Positions 26,501 through 38,500 of a stretch of DNA of 64,000 nt are shown in pieces. The position numbers and the translations under genes were made by a program. Each line of letters opens with the position of its first letter. The first letter of the stretch is position 1. Below the pieces are notes generated by a model. That model was not told where the DNA came from. It saw only the letters and a list, made by a program, of their open reading frames with translations, and searched no databases. Origin of the DNA: Botryllus schlosseri. Its lineage: Eukaryota. The stretch lies in the NCBI GenBank assembly GCA_051294905.1, contig CM119371.1, positions 30,258,001 to 30,322,000 of the forward strand, in the 5' to 3' direction.

Positions 26501-29500
26501 AGCAGCTATCAATACGAAATATTGTTGAAATGTATGATGACTACATGGGAGGCCAACCTGTGACCCGCGAGATGGTTTTGAGTGGCCCGTGCCGTAATCT
26601 TTGAAATTAGTTCTACTATCAAAAAACAAATTGCCAACTTGATTTGTGAAATTGCAGGGTCAACTAAAACTGGGATTGGCCTGGCCGCGGAATTTGGCAT
26701 GTTTATGACTAGATCAGTAACATTTTTTACGCATTGGCATAGCCAGGATGGCGAAATCACCTCACATTTCATAAATCCTGATGAATTAACATAAAGTATT
26801 TCATGGCAGGTTGGTTTAACTTGATTATTTTTCCCGCGCTTCGTGTGATTATGCGCATTTTGATTTCTCGCTTTTAGTAACCCTACCAGAAATACCAACA
26901 CGCGCTTAGGCTAATATACAGAATTGAGTCGTAATTATTCACCAATACTAGAGTGGCCCGCGCAATGGTTCGGAAAACCGCATGTATCCATTTGGCCTAA
27001 AAGATTGGCCACCCCTGTATTAGAAGCAACTGTAGCAATACTTGTAAATTCACAGCATGACCACAACTATAATTTTAAGAACCCAATAGTCGCAGAGACC
27101 AATACATACCTAGCACCGATATCGTAGATATCTCGCTCAGAATTCGGCTTAAATGGTCTTGAGAAATTGTTAACCAGAACTTAGCTATTCCCAGTTAGAA
27201 GCGCACTTTAAGGCGTAAGCAACTTTAAGGCGTAGGCAACTTTAAGGCATAAGGCATTTCACAACATATACATTTATTTTCACGTCGCATTTTTATTTGC
27301 TTCCATATTTAAGGTGCTGATCGATTTGAAAGGAGGAAGGTGCAGCGGTGCGCTCATCGATAACTCTTGGGTAGTATCCGCAGCACATTGCTTCGAGTAA
27401 GTATAATCTGTTACTCTATTGTGTCAAATATATAGGCCTACAGCGATTTCGAAGTCCGAATCGAATATGTAGGCTACCCTGTCGGTGTCTTGGTATAGCT
27501 TGTAGGTCGTAATAATCCTGACTGCATCAGCTGACGTAGCGATTTCTCTAGAAATCACAAAGTGGAAAAGATTGGCGAGTATAATATCACAGCTGTCTTC
27601 GGGATAAATGATCTTGATGACATCACTACTTCTGTTATGTCACAGCAAAGGCGTGTTGCGGAAGTAAGATTTCCTTGCCATGCATAATGCAATGCATATC
27701 TTTTAGGCACCGGGTGAGGGCGTGGGGACAACAAAGACAATTTTAACGTAGGTTTCCAGCAATTTTATTATGGGGCCTTATCGTTGCATCCTTATGTTAC
27801 GGACTCGAATAATTTACATTGTACACTACATGATGGCATAGTTAAGGGTGAAAGGGGCAATCGATGCAATTCATAAAGCCACGCAAGATCTCTTGCACCC
27901 ACAGCGACAATCGCGCGTTAACCTGAAGCAGGTTTGCTTACTGTCCATTGTTCAACATTATTTTGTACTCCCGAACAGATAGTTATATAATTTGACATTG
28001 CATCTTGATAAAGCCCCGAATCTGTACCGTTCTATCTGTGGCTTCGGTCCGTTTCCATGCTTGAAAATGTCAGTTTGATTCACAATGCAGAGCTTATTAT
28101 AGCGGGCCTGTTCGTACAGTGAGCGACATAACTCATTACCAAACTGGGAATCAACTACGAATACCTAAAGGAGGAACATATCGGTGGCATTGACTTGACA
28201 TATAATTCCGAACAAGAAAAAAAACGCTTAGTTCAGAGTTCCATGAAAAAATGGACCAGAAAGATGTTTATTCACAGTGGCAAAAACGCCAATTTGAAAC
28301 ACTTATATGCAGCTTACACAAAATATAATAAAATATATCTGGTTGGATGGCCCAGCTCGAGTGCCATCTGAAGATTTGAACCCTGAGCGTGACGCAAGTT
28401 GAGCCACCCCTGTTGAAGAGTATCCCACTTGATAGTATAGCAGCGTACCAAATGTCGATTGTACAATATATAAAGCAGTTTAAAAATGACTCAGTATGTG
28501 AAAAACAGCATTTTCAACACAACTATATTATAGGTAATAATACCAGGGGATAATGAATTTCCCGGAAGCGACATAGCCCTCGTCCGCCTCGATGAAGCCG
28601 TCGAAGAAACCTACCGCACAAGTCGAGTATGTTTGCCGAACGGAGAGGTGCCTCCCGCTGGGATCACTTGTTACGTCACTGGATTTGCGACAACTGGTGA
28701 GTCTAACGCTTACCGATTATAGAGCTACAATGTGGTCGAACTCCCTTTACTTGCTTGCATAGAAAGTGTCTTATTGTCGGAACCTGCCCCGATTCGCCTC
28801 CAAGATGTAAATTTGACTATTGTTGATGATGAGGAATGCCGAATCGCGCATGAGAAATCGGTCAACCCGGTTAATACTACGCAGATGTTATGTGCGAGCT
28901 CAGCCGGAATAAAATGTAAGTACCAGCTTAATATGTTGATGGAACTATTGATAAATCTTGCGTATCTGCTTGTCCACGGCAATTTCGTGTACTTTTCTTG
29001 CTGCAGATTTATTTTAGTTGCTGCGGTATCAGCCATGTCAGTGTGACAAAGTAGCCTACGAAGGCATATGAACTAGAACTCAGGCCTATATCACATTCAG
29101 AACTCGTTTAACCTGAGATCAAAAGTCGCGAGAAAATGTTCAACGGGGAGCTGATCTTTCAGAAATGTATCCTGAAGATCTCGCGCGAGGCGAGTTGTTG
29201 TTAGTTGTAACCAAGACTCTAAGGATTCACATGGTGCTGTGTTGAAATTGTTTGCTCAAGATCTGATCTGATTCACTTCCTGATCAAGGTCAAACTACAT
29301 TGTTGCACGCGATGCTATGGTACAATTTTGCGTGGTATTTTAGTCGTGGATTGTTGTGTTGTTGTTTCCTTAACTGATTCAAACGATTGATTGAGATAGC
29401 ATTTGTTATGCCGCTCTGAGGAATTTGGTTTGGGCGATAGATATGCTCATTGGACTATGTTTGTAGTATATAGGTAGGTGAAGAGATAACTTACTAACAT

Positions 29501-32500
29501 TCACTTGGTCTATGCCACATAGTGGCCTTTGAAGCAAAAAAACATGCTCCTAATATTCTGTATTCTTTAGATTAGCAAATATAGTTTATCGAGGACATTG
29601 CAGCATATGTCATATTGGTTCGTCACAACGGCACTAAAGGGCGATATTCCGCACTAATTTTATTAAATTTATGCACTTGTGCAGAGCAATGAACATCATT
29701 AGTTCTACAGTAGCATAGAATATATGTTCCATAATGTATATACCGACATCTGCTTGCAACGATCCAAATAAAGCTCATGGTTTTGCACTCTAAAATCTAT
29801 ATGACTTGGGTAAATGTGTACTTCTCACTGAATATAATATATTCCGTCGATAGGCAACAGCGGGGGACCACTCGTTTGTCAAAGATGCACAAGCTGCTCC
29901 TGGTTTCTGGCGGGCGTGTATTCGTACAGCAAGAACTGCTTCGATCTTAGCGATTTAGGAGTGTTCTCGAGAGTAGAACACTTCGAAAACTGGATCGCGT
30001 CAAAGATATCGAGGATTACTGTAAAGAAGGAGAAATGCCAACCCACGCGTGAGTGCTATTAGTAGGCTATAACAATATTAATAAATCAGCCAATCTATTT
30101 TTTCATCCGCTCGAGATAAGCAATGCTAGGGTTACCATACGTCCTCTTTTAAGGGGATTTGTCCGCTTTTTTTGATAATTTTGGGTAAATATAGGGCAAA
30201 ATCCGACTGAGATACAGTAAATCAGCACTGAAGTAACGCTTCGGCGGCTATTTCAGGAGCTGAGCCGGAAAGCTGACCTTGTTTTTTGTTTAGTCGACCG
30301 ACCACGAAGTGGAAAACATTTACCTTTCTTCAGAATTTTCCCCAGATATTGTAAGTCTGAAAATTCTGAAAAAGCGTTCTCTTTTCAGCTTTCCAACGGT
30401 AACTCTACGCAATGCGCATTAGGCCTGCATTGTGATGTAATGAATAGCTAAGTGCGGCTGCTTAAATATTAGCCAAAGCATATTATCAAAGCATCCACCT
30501 GAACCTACTATGGTATTATACTAGCAGAGATGATTAAAAGAGTTATCGTATCAGATACGTTTTCCTCAAGTACAAGTAGAATTTCCAGTTTCAAGACATG
30601 TCGAAACTACTGCAAGTGGCAATAGAGGATATAGGTCTGAAAGGTGCTCAAGTGACTCCGTTTCCAAAGGTAGACTTAATCGAGGGATCGTATGCTTATA
30701 GCAGTTAATCGGAGTGGGCAGTATTTGATATTGCGGGAGGCATCTTCGCGACTTACGCAAAATAATTAGTGACGCTACAAATAGGCGCAGATTTCTGATA
30801 AAAGTAGATGTAGTGCGTTACTGTTTTAAGGCACCGCTTATGCGGATCGGGTGGCAATGGAAAGCCTAGATAAACTTCCACCACTGAGGTTTGTCCAAAG
30901 GGTATATGTCAACGAGTATAAGTCAGAGTGGTTTCATGTCTTAAGGCGACACTACGCTAGTTTTAATGACAAATGCGGTCACAGATTGGGCAGAGTGGAC
31001 AAAATGGAGCCGCTGTGAAGGCAACCAAACCAGAAACAGAACGTGTTTGAACGGAATGCCTGGAATCCCGGGTTGTATCGGCGCGTCAACGGAGGCAAGG
31101 CAATGCTCAAACCGTGATAAGTGGTCTAACTGGTCGCGGTGCTCAAAGTCCTGCGGACGAGGTCAACAGAGCAGAGAACGTGTCACCGTGCACGATGGTT
31201 CTCCACGCATCACTGAAAGACGGGTAACGAATTGGTGCTATAGACTTGTAGAATAGATAACTAGCCTGTGGGTAGATGCGCAACAGCTACTGTGAACAAA
31301 CAATCAAAGCACCGAAAAATTGTTATGGCTATTGTAGTACGGCGCATCAATTGCTCGAAACCAGGACTATGTTCTTTGAAGGGCGATTTTTTAGAGTTAC
31401 AGTGCCCGACAATATAATTTTCGGAATCAATGAAAAAGTTTCTTTCGTTCAATACTACTTTCACTAAACGCCGCAAGTTGTAGGCTAACATTACCACGTA
31501 TGTTTAAGAAGCTATCATAAATTGCTAGGCGATGTCGTTGTTGTTTGTGCTATTCATGGTGTTTGACGACTACTGTGGTCACTTACACTAGGCCGAATTT
31601 GTTCATTTTTATTCCGTAACTGCCAACTTGTAGCACGGCCCAGTTCTAGGCTTTTAGTAGGCACCACTTACAGATGAAAGGACGAGGTGGACCATAGACC
31701 TCCAGCGCTTGGGTAAGAATTCTGGACTCGACCTCGGTCGAACTCAAACCTGCAACCCATTGCTGTTGCAGCTGTGGATTATACCACCGCGCTATCTCGC
31801 CACACAGTTGCTACTTGCTAGGCGTATCTAGTTGCAGAAATGCGTGGTTAAATGTTTTGCATCTATTCATAGGTTAGTTATCCATAGTAACATCGATCAA
31901 TGATACCTGCTACACGTCATCACAAATATCTTTCATAGGTCTTGACCATGACTACTTCATATGGTTGTAACCAAGTCACAAGGTTCCGACTTCACAAGTC
32001 AATTTTAATTTTATAGTTTTGACTCGAGTCAATTCGACTAATTTTCAACTCACCACCGAGTCCAAGTTCAAGTCTGTGAGAAAAATCCCGAGTCCTATTC
32101 ATATAGTATTCACTGCTCATTATCGAGTTCATTTCGAGCTCCACACAACATTTTGAAACTCATCGGTGATATCGAAGGCCACGCATTCAGAATACACTTG
32201 TTTTCTTACTCATTACGTGTTTATCTCAACATTTAAAAGACAGCTTCCGGTTGCATTTACTGAGCATCTGTTGTGATACACAAGACTTGAATCAAAGGTC
32301 TAGATATAATTTCTTTAGTCATATGACTCGAGTACAAGTCGAGCCAATACAAATAGTGACTCAAGTCGAGTCAACTAAAAATTGCGACTGGAGTCTGACT
32401 TCAGTCGACTCATGACTCGTATCAATACAGCCCTGGACAGAAATGTCCCTTTAATATTTGTAGTCGCATGCGAAAGATATTCTGATACTTAGATACCTAT

Positions 32501-35500
32501 AAACCAGTGGTTCCCAACCTTTTCCCACCCACGTACCATTTCGAGGTTTTATGCAGTTCTCGCGTACCACCTACATAAGTTCTGCCATTCATAATCACGT
32601 ATTTGACTTATGCTAGGTGTAATAACAAATTCTAATAAACTAGGCATTATCAGCCAGGGTTGATGGGATGTATGGAATTGTTTTTTCACCACCAGTCACA
32701 TGACGAACAACATAATGAGATAACAACAAACAACAAAAGTCAATTATTTAATACGCTGGCTGCATTTGACTATTTTCCACTAGCTGGTCGATGCGTGACA
32801 TACGTTTGCTCACATCGCATCGAAAGTCATACATGGGCGCAACAAGTCAGTTTCGTTTCTTCGACTTGATAGTCATCAGGGATTAAAATCCTTGCTCTCA
32901 CTCCCGCGTAGAAGCGAAATTAGCTGTTGGGGAATAGCGTGGGGAATGCGAGAACAATAGTTGTGTTTCGTCTTTGCTGTCTCGTCATCCTGGATATCTA
33001 TGAGCTCCTCTTGCCTCCCAGTCACGACAGGCAGCTCGGCTGGATCGACAGATAATGGACATGTCATGTAAGCAAAACATGGAAAAGTGATGGAAAAAGG
33101 ACGTAGGCTATCTTGCCCCAACGACGACGGCTTCAAAAAATTTAAAATCATTCCTACCCGAAGTAATAACCCTCTTCGGTCGAGAAAAAAACAGAATCTA
33201 CTTGCGTACCGTCTGGAAGACCTTCGCGTACCACAGGTTGGGAACCACTGCTATAAACGATGCACCGAAACCAATCGTTGCCAAAATATCGCACTCGATG
33301 TGAAAGAAGTATATTTTTGCCACTCGAAAAAGCGACTCACACGACTCGAAACAATATAGTTTAGATTCGACTCACATTCATGGTGCCTGGCCCGAAGTGG
33401 TAATTAAAAATTTTGATGTGCATCGAGATTTTATTACAGGCTTGCAATGGTGACAGCTGCCCGAAATTGGCATCGTGGAGCGGTTGGAGCCGCTGCGCTA
33501 ATCCATGCGGCCAAGGACAACGGTCTCGCGTCCGATCTTGTGTTGGCGGGCCGGCTGGAAAACCGGGTTGTCGCGGCATAAGGAAACAGCAGCGGACTTG
33601 TCCCATCGGTATAACATTTGATTTCCTGTTTTTTTGTGTGTTTATAAGCCGAATAGAGTTTATCATACATATGAGATTTTTTTACGTTTAACTGGGGGCA
33701 TTCAATTCTGGTGCTTTGGAACATCCATATCAAATGTGTTCAAAGTAGTCAAAGTTACTGCTCAAGTATAGAAGTAGAAGTCACTTTCTAAATTTCCACT
33801 CAATTACATGCATATGAAGCAATTTTCGAAACATGTCAAAATTACATCAATTGGAAATAGAAAATGGAAAATCGGACAAGGATTCAAGCAACTAGCTTCA
33901 ATAATCAGATTTTGTTGAAGGGTCGCATACAGGGGTACAATATTCAAAAATATATGCAACGCTGCAAACGTATCCCCATCTACTTTATATTTTTTTTAAA
34001 TCCAGTGTGTCAAAACTAAAACGCAAGTAGTTTCCATAAAAGAATGAGTAACTAGAAGTGGAATCAGTCTAAAGGCTAAACAGGTAACCACTTTAGTAGA
34101 TATTGTAACTAGACCCCGCTTGGGTACTCTAAAATTTAGAGGTAAATCGTAATTACTATGTAAGCTGTCTCATGAGAGATAGGCCTGCATATGTACCTGC
34201 TGGTGGCTCGTATGATTTGTAAATTGCTATGCCATGCAATTAGTATACATTGCCATAGCAGGAATAATGTCAAAAGACTTTTAAACGTTGCTTTCAACAT
34301 CAGATCAACAGTCCCATTTATAGTTGTTGGTATCATTTGCAGCCATTTCGCCCGACATAGAGTTATATAAGTATAGGCCTACTTCGTCACTGACCACCTA
34401 GTACAGTGGTTCCCAACGTGGGCGATATCGCAAAGAGGGCGACGGGGGTGAAAATAGCGAAGGGGGCGATAGCGGGGCGATGCCGCGCCAAAGCGGCTGA
34501 CCTTTTTTTTTTTTTAGTCAACTCGCGGAAATTTAGTTACAGAAGTGTGTAAAATTAGACATCGTGCCGAAACTTTGACCTTTATTTTTATTTTTTTAGT
34601 CAACCCGCCGGTGATTACGGTTTGTATGCCCAATTTTCGGTACACAAAATTTGGGGGCGATGATCGGTGTTGACCTTGAAAAGGGGGCGATGGGGCGAAA
34701 AAGGTTGGGAACCACTGACCTAGTATATGTCTATATCGCAGCCCAACCTAACGACTAAACTGTATCACGTCAAACAATTCCTTCTAGAGCCAATCTGCTC
34801 GGAATTCGGACAGTGGACGCCGTGGACCGCGTGCACCCGCAAATGCGGCGGCGGCTCGCGATTCGCAGTCAGAAGATGCCGCGGCGCCAAGTGGAACGTA
34901 CCATGCGAAGGACACGCCGAAAGAGCTGAGCCCTGCAACACCCACGCGTGCTGCCGATCGCACGCTTGGTCACACTGGAGCGCTTGCGACAAGACTTGCG
35001 GTGGCGGTAGTAGATCGCGAGACCGTGGAGAGCTGCCTTGCCGAAATCTGGTGCAGTTTCAGCACTGCAACACTGGCACTTGTCCCGAGTGGTCTGACTG
35101 GTCCGAGTGGTCGCTGTGTTCGAAGGCGTGCGGCGGCGGGGTACGAAACAGGACACGGTGAGATTTATTCACTTTTAGAGCATTCGCTCCCAAACGGAGG
35201 GTAGTTCCGGACTTGTGGATATCTCAGGGATCTCTGGCTGGGTCTGGAGTCTCAACTTTCATCATATTGCCACTTCTTGTTGTTGACCAACGATGGCAAC
35301 TATGACAACCCCTGCTCATGTGGGATGCATCGGCAAATTATGTTGGCTGGTTTGTTTTTCATTGCGATACTTGTCAGTAAAGTTTAGAGTGCCAAGAATG
35401 AATTCACAGGACTTTTCATCTGTGATATCAATAACGGATGAACTTGTTTCAGAATTTACTACAGCAAATGATCATTTTCCAGAATAAACTATTAAAAAAT

Positions 35501-38500
35501 ATCTAGCAAGCATGAAATTTTGTATAATTTAGAATTTGTGGTGACAATTTACGATCTGCCTCATGCCAAGGATCGACCACTATTCTGGATGCGTGCAACA
35601 CCGAACAATGCAAAGGTATGTAATCACGTGTCGCAAGTGGACAGACATTGTCCACGCTTTTAGAGCTTTTAGGAGACTTTCAGAAATACGCTATTTTCAG
35701 TCAGTTCTGTTAAATCCCACGCAATACACAGTATGAGTGTGACTACAGTTTTATTGCCAGCTAATAGGTAATAACCCCAATCACACAACGATCTGAAAGG
35801 ATAAAGAAATGCACCAAACAACGTTACCTCCTGCGTAAGCGTGAAACCTGGCGACTACGAGCGAAGCGCGACATCTGTCACGGTCGATTAGCGTTCAATT
35901 ATAATGAGCCATAATTGCGGAACTAAACATATAACCGCGAACAAAACTCGAGACATTTCAAGTTCCCAATACTTAATGCCCTAAAAAGTATAATCCTTTC
36001 TTGTTCTGGTTTTATCACTTGATTTTAATTTTAACTGGATCAAAATCGGGTGAAAATTGCTGATCGCTTTGTTATCTGAATTCCGCGATTTCATCCAGCC
36101 TAGTAAACGTAATGAATACCTGGCTTGTCCCTACAACTGATGAGAAGTCTGGAAGAAACGCAGAATACGTCTATCCAATTAAATATATAGCATGGTAGTA
36201 CTTTTCAAAATACGAAAGAGGACTTAGACTGGATGTGGGAAACATAAACTTTGAATAGTAGGCATACGAATAGCTCCAATCACAAAATTATTCTTTGGCA
36301 GCGATACTGGTAGGGCTCCATTTAAAACAAACGGTTGTTCAAAAGACTTTGTTTAAAATTTATTTCAAACAGTGTTTTAAACAAAGACCCTTTGAAAAAA
36401 TTATGATTTTTCAAGTTGTTAAATCATGCCATAATACCGTAAATACTTTCCGAAAAACATGTTGTATGAGTCAACGGACAATTACCACCCGATGTATAGC
36501 CGACGTTTACGGTATGGGATAGTTGGAACCCTCGAAATAGTCGGCTCAACAGCTATAGTAAGTAGATATTTCGTCAAAGGAGCTATATTTACACTATATT
36601 TTAAATTGTCAATGTCAATCCACTATGACGTCACTATTGAATATTCGTCACGTCATAGCCTAAAAAAACATGTGTTTGAAGCAAGGTCCTTGTTTTAAAT
36701 TGATTTTTGTTTTAAATGAAACCCTGGATACAGGGACGATTTCGTTCGTAAAATCGATGTAAGCTTATTCAAGATCTACTTTATGTCCGACATTATCTAT
36801 ATGCCAAGCATGAGAAAGTCAGTTCATGTATCTTGTATTTTAAACGCTGCTCACACCGAAGTGGAATTAGTTCGAAAATACAATTACGTGAATTAGAGAT
36901 ACAAATGTGTGAAATCTACAGATCGTCCCCAAATATAAGTACCACGTGTGCTGTAGAGTTACACGACCTTATCGGAGTGAGACTTCCGAAGTCGAGAATG
37001 GACGCTTCACTCTAGTCTACAAATCTAACATTCAGATTTCATTCTGTGACGTAGAAAAAAGGTCACCCATCCAGTTCTATGAGCCATAATTCAAATATAT
37101 CCTCCATACTTACAGGTTCGTGCTCGACTCTTTGTCTACAACACGTGAAATCCGGGCATTGCTCCAGCCCTGTCCGGTATGCGATGACTGCCTTCTGCGA
37201 TCCTGCTTGTTGCAGTAAGTAGCCTAGACTATATTTTGCATTATGCATATTCGTAAAGCTTGGAGGCGGAAAGTAGCCGTTCGATTTCCTAAACGGTCAA
37301 GTTAATAAAGTGCGATCCCACCACGTATTACGCAACGGAGGTGGTCAGAAAAGCTGTACTCTTAATGTTTGTAAGCACTCAACTTGTTTGGCCTAACTGT
37401 ACTATATTTTGAGTGGTTATGTTCTAAAGCTAGTCTTGTGCTTGAACAGTTATATCCTACACCTATACTGGCAAAACTACTTTTTCCCTTTGACTTCAGG
37501 GTTGTAATGACTCGAGTCGCGATTTATCGGTGACTCGACTTGACTCGAGCCATTCTCTATGAATACGGAAAATGACTCGACTCCGACTTAGCCAATTTGT
37601 GTATTGACTGAACCTGATCCCTAGTTATTGCGCTTAAGCGCGACCAAGACAATGACTCGAGAGTAGGACGGTCAAAACAGGCATTTCATTGTAACTTCAA
37701 AGAATAGTGAAGTAATCACATTCTTATTCCATTGTCCATCAAAACTAGTAATACTTGAAAAATAGGGCTATAAATGTTTAAGAATGAGGACATTATCATA
37801 TTATGAATGCCAGGCATTCGATAACGCCCAGGCAGAGTTACACAAAAGTGAGTTAATCTTGACCTGAACTGAAAACTGAGCAACGAACATACTGACTCGG
37901 ACTCGACCCTCTGCTTACCGATTTGAACTGGGACTTGACTAGGTGGTGAATTGAAAATGAATCGACTTCACTCGAGTCAAAACTATGAAAGTTAGATCGT
38001 GACTCGAATGCCGGTGACTTGGTTAACACCCTGCCAGGTAGCTTTGGGTAGGGTTGGGACTTCGGGATCAAACTTGAAATCCCGGGATCGGGATTTCCCG
38101 GGATTATCGCTCCGCAATCCCGGGATTCCCCGGGATTAGAAAAGTAGTAAAGTACACATACAAGTTACACAAATAACATTTATTCCTTGTGGCATTGAAT
38201 TGACGCAAAACATAAGACCATCAAGAGTATCATCGTTTAGATCAGGGGTCCCAAACTCCAATTTGCTCGCGGGCCAATTTCGTAGTTTTTGATGACGCGG
38301 CGGGCAGCAGCATCAAATAGGGGTATAATATGTATTTCCCAGTACGCCTTTTTTGTCGGACCTTGCAGATTGGCATTCCATACACACCGTGAAAATGTAA
38401 TACACTATATTGTAATATTCACGGTTGTCACGAAAAAGTCATATTTTTCAATATTTTTTCAAAATATTGTTGTGCTTGGCATAATTTGGCGACATAAGGA

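Noticed and set aside
35701..35800. Possible small extra exons or an alternative 3' end of the protease gene
   Set aside because: Splice sites are plausible but the peptide has no motif; cannot be supported without RNA data.
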